A stretch of DNA of 22,104 nucleotides from an uncultured Thermodesulfobacteriota bacterium (GCA_964506935.1 CAZDOD010000028.1:1-22104), one strand, 5' to 3'. Counted from the stretch's first letter, positions 8,755 to 17,861 are shown. Translations and numbers: made by a program. Notes: generated from the letters alone by a model not told the origin.

Positions 8755-9738
8755 CTATTGGGTATCTGTTACGATCACAACAGAGCCATCCGACAGATTT
8801 TCCTTGCCGCCGATTACAACAATCTCCCCGGGCTTTGTGCCAGAGATAACCTCCACCTCATCTTCGTTTACGATTCCGAGGTCAAGGGGACGTTTTTTAG
8901 CCTTGTCTTCTTCTATGACGAAACAATAGGGGCCGTTTCTCCCGCTCTCAAATAGGATGGCTTTAGAGGGTATCGTAGTTACTTCGGTTTTCTCTTCGGT
9001 GACAAGAAGGATATCTCCGTACATGCCCGATACGAGTGCCGCATCGTCATTTTCAAATAGGACCTCGGCTCGCGAAGTACGGGTATTTGCGTCAAGGACC
9101 GGGCTGACCTCGCTTATTTCACCGTCAAACGTGTGGTCGGGTAGTGAGGGGACATTAAGCCTCGCCTTCATGCCGACCTTCACAGATCCCATTTCAACTT
9201 CCGGGATGTTTATTACGGCCTTTATCCTTTTATTTCCCAAAATTAATGAAAGGGGTGTTTGCTCCGCGGCGAGTTCTCCGGCATCGAGGTAATTTCGGGC
9301 AACGATCCCCGATATCGGTGACCTGACGTTGAGCGGCATATACTCATCCCATATCTCCTGCCGCTCGAGCCTTACGAGTATCTCCCCCTTTCGTATAGGG
9401 TCGCCCTCATTAAAATTATATTTGATGACCTTTCCAGGTGCGACACTGTAGACCTCGACCTCATCCTCGGCGTGGAGTTCCCCGGTATAGAAGAGGGTGC
9501 TTCGGATATCGCCGGTCGTGACCTCCATCACAGATACCGGAGTCACGCCCGATTCTTTCGATCCCCCTCCAAGGGGGGGTTTTTTCATTTCACCCGCGGG
9601 TAAATTCGATGGCGCCCCACCATGCAAAATAGTCAGTTTTAAAACTACAAATAAGGCCAGAAGCAAGACGATTGTGATAATTCCGATCCCGATCCAAAGT
9701 TTTTTTCCTGTTATTTTAAATCTCACATTACACCCCAT
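8755..9738 (-). CDS. efflux RND periplasmic adaptor (membrane fusion protein, HlyD family)
   Basis: The 327-aa product has an N-terminal membrane anchor (IGIGIITIVLLLALFVVL) and then biotinyl/lipoyl-like and beta-barrel segments (...VYSVAPGKVIKYNFNEGDPIRKGEILVRLE...). It lies 15 nt upstream of the RND permease on the same strand. Confidence 0.85.
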   Translation of the reverse strand: MGCNVRFKITGKKLWIGIGIITIVLLLALFVVLKLTILHGGAPSNLPAGEMKKPPLGGGSKESGVTPVSVMEVTTGDIRSTLFYTGELHAEDEVEVYSVAPGKVIKYNFNEGDPIRKGEILVRLERQEIWDEYMPLNVRSPISGIVARNYLDAGELAAEQTPLSLILGNKRIKAVINIPEVEMGSVKVGMKARLNVPSLPDHTFDGEISEVSPVLDANTRTSRAEVLFENDDAALVSGMYGDILLVTEEKTEVTTIPSKAILFESGRNGPYCFVIEEDKAKKRPLDLGIVNEDEVEVISGTKPGEIVVIGGKENLSDGSVVIVTDTQ

Positions 9739-9828
9739 TACTTCTATGGCTATTTTGGACGTTATATAAAAGGCTATTTAAAAAGTTACATTTTCCCTCA
9801 GATAATATCCTGCCTGATATGCAAAATT

Positions 9829-11163
9829 TTACAGGTCTGACCCCGAAGTATCATCCTCTCCTGTGAGGGGAGCCTTCCCTATTATCTTATCGAGCCTCGC
9901 AAGGGCCTCAGTGTAATTGAATATCGAATCGAGATAATTGATATTCGCCTCGGTAACCGCAAGCTGGGCATCGAGGAGTTCCAAGAGCGTCCCCACGCCG
10001 TTGTCGTAGCGGATCTGGGCCGTCTTGAGGTTTTCCTTTGCCATCTCGACGTTGTACTCCAGTGCCTCGATGATCCCCCTCGCCTCGACCAGATCATAAT
10101 AGGCGTCTTTGATATCAAGCTTTACGGTCTGGGTGGTATCCGAGGCAGAGATCTTTGCCTGTTCATATTGTGCCTTTGCCTGTTTCTTTTTCGCCGCGGC
10201 GACGAGGATATCTGAGATCGGAATATCAATCATTATGCCGGCGGTGAACTCCCAATCCCGGTTATCAAAGCTGATGCCGAGCTCATCGGTTGTGTAATCG
10301 TAATTTGCAAAGGCGTTTATCGTGGGGAAGAAGTTCCCGGTTGCGAGATTCACATTCTTTTTTGCGACGCTCTCATTCAATCTCGATATCTTGAGTTCGG
10401 GGCTTGAGCCTTCCGCCGCCAGGAGATACTCGTCCACGCTCACATCGGTCTGTGTATAGGCTAGCTCCCCCTCTATCTCGATAGATTCATTAAGATCGAT
10501 CCCCAGTAGCTTTTTCAGGGTCTCGTAGGCGGTTGCGAGGTCGTTTTCGGCCCTGATGTAAGAGGGTTTGGCGTTGGCAAGCTCGACCTCAATGCGCATC
10601 AGGTCATATTTAGGGACGAGGCCGTCGTAATATTTATTTTTTGTCATCTCGACATTTTTGGCAAGTAACGCCAATTCTTCCGACCTCATTTCAATTTCCT
10701 TTTTTGCCAGAAGTATATTATAGAAGGCGACCTTCGTATTATACAGGGCATCGCTTACCGCGAGGCGGTACTGTTCATACGAGATCTCGCGCTGGAGATA
10801 GGCGATATTCAGCCCCGATATGACTTTTCCCCCCGAAAACAGGGGGATCGATGCGGTGAGATCGTAATCGTATTGCTCGAAAGACGCCGATCCACCTGAG
10901 AAGGACATCGGTTCTCGATACGTATATCCCGCCCCGGCGCCTACAGAGAGTATGCTCGACCACTCTTCAAAGACCACCCCCTTGAGGCGGTTAATCTCTT
11001 CTGCGGCGATTAATATCTCGGGGGACTGTCTCATTGCGATGTGGATACATTCATCGAGGGTATATGTGAATGTCGGCCTTTCTTCCTCGGCGAAAAGCGT
11101 GGTATTTAAGAAAACAAAAAGGGGTAGAAATATGACGAGTTTTTTTAAGATATCTAATTTCAT
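9829..11163 (-). CDS. TolC-family outer membrane efflux protein (OMF)
   Basis: The 444-aa product has an N-terminal signal peptide (MKLDILKKLVIFLPLFVFLNTTLFA) and two tandem OEP repeats with long coiled-coil segments. It is the first gene of the tripartite efflux operon. Confidence 0.85.
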   Translation of the reverse strand: MKLDILKKLVIFLPLFVFLNTTLFAEEERPTFTYTLDECIHIAMRQSPEILIAAEEINRLKGVVFEEWSSILSVGAGAGYTYREPMSFSGGSASFEQYDYDLTASIPLFSGGKVISGLNIAYLQREISYEQYRLAVSDALYNTKVAFYNILLAKKEIEMRSEELALLAKNVEMTKNKYYDGLVPKYDLMRIEVELANAKPSYIRAENDLATAYETLKKLLGIDLNESIEIEGELAYTQTDVSVDEYLLAAEGSSPELKISRLNESVAKKNVNLATGNFFPTINAFANYDYTTDELGISFDNRDWEFTAGIMIDIPISDILVAAAKKKQAKAQYEQAKISASDTTQTVKLDIKDAYYDLVEARGIIEALEYNVEMAKENLKTAQIRYDNGVGTLLELLDAQLAVTEANINYLDSIFNYTEALARLDKIIGKAPLTGEDDTSGSDL

Positions 11164-11395
11164 CGAAAAATTCCCAAAGATAGATTAGAAAATCGAAAAA
11201 AGGGTAATTAAAATTCTGTTCTAGGTCTATATTAACAATAAAATCGAATAAATCCTTCTAGAAAAATCGACCATCAAGTGGTCTTTTTTAATTTTTCCGC
11301 CTGTATTATAGGGAGTATTAAGTTAAAGGGCAACCACCCCACCTCTCGGTATCGTCTTCAATCTAACAGGTGAAAAGCTAATTTACCTAAAGTCT

Positions 11396-11424
11396 TTGAC
11401 TTTTGCAATCTGTATCTGTAGTAT
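11396..11424 (+). promoter_or_regulatory. sigma-70-type promoter for the amidohydrolase gene
   Basis: TTGACT (11396-11401), a 17-nt spacer, then TAGTAT (11419-11424). It sits about 50 nt upstream of the ATG at 11475 in the divergent intergenic region shared with the efflux operon. Confidence 0.5.
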
Positions 11425-11474
11425 GAAATCGATATAAAGGGATATTATCCAATAATTACGAAAGGGGACTTATT

Positions 11475-13004
11475 ATGGATAAGCCGAAAAACGGATTGGA
11501 GACAGGCGATCTCTTAAAACTCGAGGATGTAAAGATCTTGAGGAGGGAGTTTCTCCTGTCAAGCTGCGGGGCGGCGGCCGCCTTTCTTTTGGCGGGGGTA
11601 TTGCCTTCGGGCTGTGTCGATACGGGAAGGATAGCTTCTTTGGAGCCCGCAAAAAAGGCGCTTTATAATTTACTTTTGTTCGACGGGATCGAAAACCGCC
11701 TCAAGAAAGACATCGTGCTCCTGATAGATGGCGATGTGATCTCGGCCGTCGAGACCGGTTGGAATCAGGAGCGTTATCCTGATTATGCACCCATTGACCT
11801 TGGTGGCATGACGCTGATCCCCGGGCTCATAGACAACCACGTCCACGTCACCGTCCCGTTTGTCCGCGAGCCGACGTTTGCGGCGATAACGGGTACAAAC
11901 GACCAGATCGAGAGGAACCTGGCGAGCTGTATCCTGTCGGGCGTGACGACCGTCAGGGACGTGGGGGCGTTTCCGAGAAAGGTCCAGAATTTTCGGGACA
12001 AGATCAATCAGGGGAGGCTAATCGGCCCCAGGATACTCACTACAAACTCCTTCATCTCGACCCCCACCGGCCCGCCGGAGGGCGTTGTGCACCTGAGTCT
12101 GCCCGCCGAGTTATTGATGGGGGGCCAGTTCGTCGAGAGGATCACAACGCCGGAAGAGGTCAGGGCCGTTGCAAATGAGATGTGCGACCTAGGCGCCGAC
12201 TGGTTAAAGACCGGGCATCAATCTATCTCATATATCTTCTGGTCGGAGCCGACCGTCCCGAGCGACGAGTATCTCAGGGCGCTTCTGGAGGTCGGTGAAA
12301 AGCGGGGGAAAAAGATCTGTATGCACCAGCCGTTCCTGTCAGGTTTCGCCAAGGGGGTGGAGATGGGGATCCACACACTCGAGCACTGCCCCAATGACGG
12401 GCTGATCCCATACGACCAGATAGAGACCTTTATGAAGAAGGGGATGGCGATACTCCCCACGATGATGGCTTTCGGCGACGAGTTCGAGATGGACGATATT
12501 CGGGTATGGATCAAGGAAAACGGCCACAAGTATCTCGAAGAGGAGCCGCTCCGCCAGGTAATCGAATCAATCGAGGTGAGGTGTCAGGAGCCGTATCCGC
12601 CCGCCGATTATCTTGAGAAGGGCTATTATGACTATGAGTTGATGATGCCGATGTTTCCGAACTTGGTAAAGAACGTCTCGAGATTGAGGCAGATGGGCGC
12701 AAGGGTCGGCGTCGGGACCGATCTCGGCGGGACGATGGTGGGATTTTTCGGGCTGTATCACAGGGAGTTGAAACACCTCAAAAATGCCGGATTTTCGAAC
12801 TTCGAGATACTCAGAAACGCCACCGCGACAAACGCCGAAATCATAGACATGGGAGACAAGATCGGGACGATAGAGGCGGGAAAATTAGCCGACATAGTGG
12901 CGGTCAAAGGAAATCCCCTGTCGGATATCAACGCAATGAAAGACGTCAAGATGGTAATGAAGGGGGGAGTCTTTATGCTTGACCATCGAGTTGAGAGTAT
13001 GTGA
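11475..13004 (+). CDS. amidohydrolase-family metal-dependent hydrolase with an N-terminal twin-arginine (Tat) signal
   Basis: The 509-aa product carries the Tat motif RREFLL followed by the h-region AAAAFLLAGVL. The amidohydrolase metal-binding motif ...LIDNHVHV... (H-x-H) is present, with later His/Asp ligands (...GIHTLEHC..., ...GVGTDLGG...). Confidence 0.85.
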   Translation: MDKPKNGLETGDLLKLEDVKILRREFLLSSCGAAAAFLLAGVLPSGCVDTGRIASLEPAKKALYNLLLFDGIENRLKKDIVLLIDGDVISAVETGWNQERYPDYAPIDLGGMTLIPGLIDNHVHVTVPFVREPTFAAITGTNDQIERNLASCILSGVTTVRDVGAFPRKVQNFRDKINQGRLIGPRILTTNSFISTPTGPPEGVVHLSLPAELLMGGQFVERITTPEEVRAVANEMCDLGADWLKTGHQSISYIFWSEPTVPSDEYLRALLEVGEKRGKKICMHQPFLSGFAKGVEMGIHTLEHCPNDGLIPYDQIETFMKKGMAILPTMMAFGDEFEMDDIRVWIKENGHKYLEEEPLRQVIESIEVRCQEPYPPADYLEKGYYDYELMMPMFPNLVKNVSRLRQMGARVGVGTDLGGTMVGFFGLYHRELKHLKNAGFSNFEILRNATATNAEIIDMGDKIGTIEAGKLADIVAVKGNPLSDINAMKDVKMVMKGGVFMLDHRVESM

Positions 13005-13041
13005 GTTGATAAAAGATTACAAAAAAATATTGATAAAAGAT

Positions 13042-13064
13042 GGCCCGCCTTTTTAAGGCGGGCC
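13042..13064. terminator. bidirectional rho-independent terminator between convergent genes
   Basis: A perfect 8-bp GC stem, ggcccgcc / ggcgggcc, encloses the loop tttttaa. It is flanked by A/T-rich runs on both sides. It lies between the amidohydrolase stop (13004, +) and the glnA stop (13192, -). Confidence 0.55.
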
Positions 13065-13191
13065 GAAGTTTTCTACGACCTTCGGTTTTTGGTTACAAGT
13101 GTCTTTTGATCGATATTCAACCTGAATCAACTTGGCCCGAAGAAAAACAGGATTTTCAATTACAACAAAGCCCACGGTGAACGCTATAAGT

Positions 13192-14520
13192 CTACATGAT
13201 CGGGAGATAGTTTTCGATCTCGTACCGGCTTACGTGAGTCCTGAATCGATCCCATTCGATCTTTTTGTTTTCGATGAATTTATTGAAGATGTGTTCCCCC
13301 AGGGCTTCTTTTACAAGTTCACTCTTCTCAAGCTCCGATACCGCCTCGTAGAGGTTCCCCGGCAGTTCAATGATGCCCCGATCCCTCCTCTTTTCCGGAG
13401 AAAACTCATAGACGTCCTCTTCGATCGGGGATGGAATTTCGTACCCTTCCTCGATCCCCTTTAGGCCAGCGGCCAGCATCACCGAAAATGCGAGATATGG
13501 ATTGCAGGCGGGGTCGGGAGACCGGAACTCAATCCTCGTTGCCTTCTCCTTTCCGGGCTTATACTGGGGGACCCTGACCATCGTCGACCTGTTTCGCCTC
13601 GCCCAGCTTACGTAGACCGGGGCCTCGTAACCCGGAACGAGCCTCTTGTAAGAGTTCACCCACTGGTTGCATATTGCGGTCATCTCCCTCGCATGCTTTA
13701 GTATCCCTGCGATGTACCCCTTGGCGTCCTGTGAGAGGTTGAGCGGATCGGAGGGGTCATGGAATGCGTTTCTTTCGCCTTTGAAGAGCGACTGATGTGT
13801 GTGCATTCCGCTCCCGTTGATACCGAAGATCGGCTTGGGCATGAAGGTGGCGTAAAATCCGTGCTGGCGCGCTATCTCCTTTACCGTCACCCTGAGCGTT
13901 GTGAATTTATCGGCCATCCTCAATGCCTCGTCGTAGCGCAAGTCGATCTCGTGCTGGCTCGGTGCGACCTCGTGGTGACTGTACTCGATATCGATCCCGA
14001 ATTTCTGCAGGGCGAAGATCGTCTCCCTCCTTAATATTCCAGCGAGATCCAAGGGGGGTGCGTCGAAATATCCGCCTTCGTCTAAGACCTTCGGCTCCTT
14101 GTTGTCGGCGAAGTAGAAGAATTCGGGTTCGGGACCGACATAAAACGTATACCCCTTATCCTTTGCCTTTTGGATCGCCCTTTTTAGGGCATACCTCGGA
14201 TCGCCCTTGTAGGGGCTTCCATCGGGCTCAAGAATATCACAGAACATCCGCGCAACCGGTTTTTCTTCGTCACGCCACGGGAGGAGCTCAAGGCTCGCCG
14301 GATCGGGTTTTGCGATCATGTCGCTCTCTTCTATCCTGGCGAATCCCTCGATCGACGAACCGTCAAATCCCATTCCTTCGGAGAGCGCCTCCTCCATTTC
14401 TCCGGGTGTGACCGCAAAGCTTTTCAGAATACCGAGGATATCGGTGAACCAGAACTGAACGAAGCTTACATTCCTCTCTTTGATGAGCGATAAAACATCT
14501 CTTTTTGTGTTTGCTAACAT
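13192..14520 (-). CDS. glnA: glutamine synthetase type I
   Basis: The product has the GS beta-grasp N-terminal domain (...VLSLIKERNVSFVQFWFTDILG...) and the catalytic domain (...GSGMHTHQSLF..., ...RVPQYKPG...). The listed ORF begins at 14562 (MFFSFKKRKETGKEM...), but the ATG at 14520 (MLANTKRD...) follows the purine-rich stretch GAAAGGAAACAGGAAAGGAA. It also gives the N-terminal length expected from GlnA alignments, so 14520 is preferred; 14562 remains possible. Confidence 0.9.
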   Translation of the reverse strand: MLANTKRDVLSLIKERNVSFVQFWFTDILGILKSFAVTPGEMEEALSEGMGFDGSSIEGFARIEESDMIAKPDPASLELLPWRDEEKPVARMFCDILEPDGSPYKGDPRYALKRAIQKAKDKGYTFYVGPEPEFFYFADNKEPKVLDEGGYFDAPPLDLAGILRRETIFALQKFGIDIEYSHHEVAPSQHEIDLRYDEALRMADKFTTLRVTVKEIARQHGFYATFMPKPIFGINGSGMHTHQSLFKGERNAFHDPSDPLNLSQDAKGYIAGILKHAREMTAICNQWVNSYKRLVPGYEAPVYVSWARRNRSTMVRVPQYKPGKEKATRIEFRSPDPACNPYLAFSVMLAAGLKGIEEGYEIPSPIEEDVYEFSPEKRRDRGIIELPGNLYEAVSELEKSELVKEALGEHIFNKFIENKKIEWDRFRTHVSRYEIENYLPIM

Positions 14521-14636
14521 TTCCTTTCCTGTTTCCTTTCTTTTTTTAAAACTAAAAAACATGTTTTTTGTTTTGGCTTCTCAAAAACCTCCTCAAATAG
14601 ATGTGTTGCCCAAAAAATTATGGGAGGTTTTTACTT

Positions 14637-15923
14637 TTAGTTGACCTTCTTCTTTGAGAGTATCTCCGTGATATCCAATCCTGTAGCACTTTTGATACCC
14701 TCAAAAAACGCCGATGTTGCACCTGTTATCCCCTTTACATAAGCGGGGATTCCGTTTCCGTCACCGCCGTCGAGGATGGTGACTTTATCGATCTGGAGGT
14801 TGTCTTTGATGACGCTCGTGACCTTGTCGATGATGTATGGGAGCTGCTGAATTAGATAAAGCTCTCGAGTCTCCTCCTTTTCCCACTCCTCGCGTAACGC
14901 CTTGATTGCCTCGGCCATTGCCTTTCCGTCCTCAACGATTTGTGCGGCTTCTCCCTTCGCAAGCAAAAGCGACGCCTCTTTCTGCGCCCGGGCGGGGATG
15001 ATGGTCTCCGCCTCGTATTTCTTCTGGTTCTTCTTTATGCGGGCGTCTTCGAGCTTTGCCTCTTCGGTTACCTTTGAGATCTCGGTTGCAACGAGTGCCT
15101 TCGATTCGGCGGTGTTGACGTTGGTGGCAAGCTCTGCCATTTTGATTTTCATTTTGTTCTCGGCCTCGATAACGGCGATGTCGGATTCGTACTCCGCCAC
15201 ACTCCCCTTCTTTTTTGCCTCCGCCGCAACTACGCGGGCTTCGGCTTCCGACTCCGATTCGGAAATGAGGGCATCACGCTTGACTTCGGCGCTTCTCTTC
15301 CTCCCGATGTTTTCGAGATAACCGGTGTTGTCGGAAATCTTCTTTATCTTGAAGGTATCCAATACCAGGCCCAGCTTTTTTAGATCTTTTTGCGCCTCGT
15401 CAGAGACCTTTGCCGCAAAATCGATCCTCTTTTCGTTCGCATCTTCCGGAGTCAGTGTTGAGAGGACACCACGAAGACTACCCTCAATTGTGTGCTTGGC
15501 AACCTGAGAGATATCCGTTACGTTCCTTCCCAAGAACCTCTCTATGGCGTTTGTGATCCCTTCGGTCTCTGTACCCGCTATTTTCACGTTTGCCGATGCC
15601 TCGACATCCAATGGGATGAGCCCTTTTGTGAGGGTACCCAAAAGCTCCATGTCGAGCGGTATTATGTTCAGAGACATTCGAGAGACCGATTCGACTATAG
15701 GTATCTTGAGTCCCCTTCCACCCTTGATGACCCGGTAGCCCACGATTGTCCCGTCTTTTAGCCTTCGCTTTTTGCCGGAAAAGATCAAGAGCTCATTCGG
15801 GGGGGCGATAACAAGGTTGACCTTGATGAATGTCAAGATTAAAGCCACAAGAATAACTCCCACCGCAATAAGGACACCTATTTTATCTGGAGAGAGTTCC
15901 ATAGTTATACCTCCTAATTCCAT
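14637..15923 (-). CDS. flotillin / SPFH (band-7) domain membrane protein, YqiK/FloT-like
   Basis: The 428-aa product has an N-terminal TM helix (IGVLIAVGVILVALILTF), an SPFH domain, and then a long Ala/Glu/Lys-rich coiled-coil (...EAEARVVAAEAKKKGSVAEYE...EEAKLEDARIKKNQKKYEAE...). Two in-frame ATGs at 15923 and 15902 are each preceded by AGGAGG. Confidence 0.85.
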   Translation of the reverse strand: MELGGITMELSPDKIGVLIAVGVILVALILTFIKVNLVIAPPNELLIFSGKKRRLKDGTIVGYRVIKGGRGLKIPIVESVSRMSLNIIPLDMELLGTLTKGLIPLDVEASANVKIAGTETEGITNAIERFLGRNVTDISQVAKHTIEGSLRGVLSTLTPEDANEKRIDFAAKVSDEAQKDLKKLGLVLDTFKIKKISDNTGYLENIGRKRSAEVKRDALISESESEAEARVVAAEAKKKGSVAEYESDIAVIEAENKMKIKMAELATNVNTAESKALVATEISKVTEEAKLEDARIKKNQKKYEAETIIPARAQKEASLLLAKGEAAQIVEDGKAMAEAIKALREEWEKEETRELYLIQQLPYIIDKVTSVIKDNLQIDKVTILDGGDGNGIPAYVKGITGATSAFFEGIKSATGLDITEILSKKKVN

Positions 15924-15957
15924 GTTTAAACCTCCTTTATGTTCACTGTCCGATTTA

Positions 15958-16299
15958 CTATCCGATGGCCTGTCTCCCCCTCTCTCCCGTCCTTATTCGG
16001 ACGACCTGGGGGAGATCGAGGACAAAGATTTTTCCATCACCTATGTTTCCCGTTCGGGCGCCTTTTATGATGGCATCGATGGTCGGCTCGACATACTCTT
16101 CGTTTACGGCTATTTCGAGCCTTATCTTCTTCAATAGATTGATCTCTTTTGGAATACCTCGATAAGTCTCTGTATAGCCCATCTGCCTCCCGGCACCGAG
16201 AGCGGTGCTTACCGTCATCAGATATATCTCGTTTTCATAAAGCGCCTTTTTGACGTCGGGGAGTCTTTGGGGCTGTATAATGGCAACAACAAGTTTCAT
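15958..16299 (-). CDS. glnK: P-II nitrogen regulatory protein (GlnB/GlnK family)
   Basis: The 113-aa product aligns along its full length with P-II ([10 protein letters not shown]...MTVS...G.GRQ.G.TE.YRG...KIFV.D...IRTGE). It lies 18 nt downstream of amt on the same strand. The T-loop reads [16 protein letters not shown], with neither Tyr51 nor Ser49. Confidence 0.9.
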   Translation of the reverse strand: MKLVVAIIQPQRLPDVKKALYENEIYLMTVSTALGAGRQMGYTETYRGIPKEINLLKKIRLEIAVNEEYVEPTIDAIIKGARTGNIGDGKIFVLDLPQVVRIRTGERGRQAIG

Positions 16300-16317
16300 A
16301 CACTTTCCTCCTATCTA

Positions 16318-17808
16318 TTACTCGGTGGTGAAGATCTGAAAACTGGGATACGCTTCCATGCCGTGTTCTCCTATATCGAGTCCGCGAAGTTCTTCCTCGG
16401 AAGTGACCCTCAAGCCAATGAGACTGTTGATTATATAGAAGAGGGCAAAACCGCAAGTGATCACAAAAGAGAAGACGCTGATTACGCCGATCGTCTGAAT
16501 TCCGAGGAGCTTCCATCCGCCCCCGTATAACAGACCTCCATCGGTTGCAAAGAGTCCCAGGGCGATTGTACCCCACGCACCGTTTACGCCGTGGACGGCG
16601 ATTGCGCCGACCGGATCGTCGATTTTCAGTGTCTTATCGATAAAGATCACGGCGAGTACCACAAGCGTTCCTGCTATCATGCCGATCCATACCGCACCCC
16701 CGGGGCTGACAAAGGCGCACGGTGCCGTAATGGCAACAAGCCCTGCCAATGCCCCGTTGATGGCCATGCTCGCATCCGGTTTTTTGAACAGCCACCATGA
16801 GATAAACATGGCAGAGATGGCACCGGCACCGGCCGAAAGGTTAGTCGTCGTAACGATGTGTGCGATATCCTTTGCCGAGGCCTCCATGGTGCTTCCGGCG
16901 TTGAATCCGAACCAGGCGAACCACAGGATGAAACCGCCGAGTGCGGCGAGCGGGATGTTATGTCCGTGAATAGCCTTTGGTATGCCGTCGGCATCGTATT
17001 TGCCGAGTCTCGGCCCCAGTATCACGACGGCAGAAAGAGACAGCCAACCCCCAACGGAGTGGACCACCGTTGATCCTGCAAAGTCGAGAAAGCCGAGTTC
17101 CCCAAGCCAGCCGCCGCCCCATATCCAGTGGCCGACAACCGGATAGATGAACGCCGAGATGACAATCGTGTAAAAGATGTAGGCGGTAAACTTGGCCCTC
17201 TCGGCAACCGCTCCCGCAACGATAGTTGCAGCGGCGCCGCAGAATACGAGCTGGAAGAAATACTTCGCCTCAAGTGGCACGGTCGTCCAAGATAGGGAGT
17301 TGAATGTACCCCCGGCATCATGGAGAAAAAAGCCGCTTGTGCCGAATAGGGCGTTTCCCGCACCGAACATGATGGCGAACCCGACCGCCCAGTATGTAAT
17401 GGTCGCAAAGCAGAAATCCATCACGTTTTTCATGATCAGGTTGACGGAGTTTTTGGCGCGGATGAATCCCGCCTCGAGCATGGCAAATCCGGCTTGCATG
17501 AACATGACGAGGACCCCGGCGATGATGACCCAGACAGTGTCGAGGTCAGTCTTGTAGATCTGGATTAATTCCTCCTCCTCGGCTTTGGTGACTTCAGCTT
17601 CTTCATAAACTTCCGGGCCTTGAGTAATCTCTCCCTCGGATCCCATCTCCACATCGGGGATTTCGAGGGCACCCTCTTCGCCTATCGAAGTATCGACTGC
17701 TGTTGCATCGAGGGGCGCCTCGCCCTCCTCCTGGGCGAAGACGATCATAGTGGTGGTTGCGAAAAGAATGGATACCGCAAGGAGTACCCATATTTTTTTA
17801 TCTATCAT
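16318..17808 (-). CDS. amt: ammonium transporter (Amt/MEP family) with a signal peptide and an acidic periplasmic N-terminal extension
   Basis: The Amt signature ...DFCFATITYWAVGFAIMFG... and 11 TM segments are present. The listed ORF starts at 17820 (MEGSMIDKK...), but the ATG at 17808 (MIDKK...) is preceded at good spacing by GGAGGG, so 17808 is preferred. Confidence 0.9.
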   Translation of the reverse strand: MIDKKIWVLLAVSILFATTTMIVFAQEEGEAPLDATAVDTSIGEEGALEIPDVEMGSEGEITQGPEVYEEAEVTKAEEEELIQIYKTDLDTVWVIIAGVLVMFMQAGFAMLEAGFIRAKNSVNLIMKNVMDFCFATITYWAVGFAIMFGAGNALFGTSGFFLHDAGGTFNSLSWTTVPLEAKYFFQLVFCGAAATIVAGAVAERAKFTAYIFYTIVISAFIYPVVGHWIWGGGWLGELGFLDFAGSTVVHSVGGWLSLSAVVILGPRLGKYDADGIPKAIHGHNIPLAALGGFILWFAWFGFNAGSTMEASAKDIAHIVTTTNLSAGAGAISAMFISWWLFKKPDASMAINGALAGLVAITAPCAFVSPGGAVWIGMIAGTLVVLAVIFIDKTLKIDDPVGAIAVHGVNGAWGTIALGLFATDGGLLYGGGWKLLGIQTIGVISVFSFVITCGFALFYIINSLIGLRVTSEEELRGLDIGEHGMEAYPSFQIFTTE

Positions 17809-17861
17809 AGATCCCTCCATTTCGAAATTGGCAAAAGAGTTTCAGTTTGCTCCTATATAGA

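Noticed and set aside
9739-9828. Near-palindromic AT-rich stretch (cagataatatcctgcctgatatgca) between the TolC-like and adaptor genes
   Set aside because: The symmetry is imperfect and the sequence is of low complexity. It may hold an internal promoter, but nothing specific can be supported from the sequence alone.
13923-15761. Plus-strand ORFs 13923..14411, 14902..15321, 15492..15761 and others that overlap glnA and the flotillin gene
   Set aside because: They are antisense to strongly supported genes. Their Arg/Ser-rich composition is typical of the reverse frame of GC-rich coding DNA.
17827-17849. Plus-strand TGGCAA...TTTGC that superficially resembles a sigma-54 promoter
   Set aside because: The GG-to-GC spacing is 17 nt rather than 10 nt, and it points away from any gene. 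The real -24/-12 element is on the minus strand at 17862-17877.
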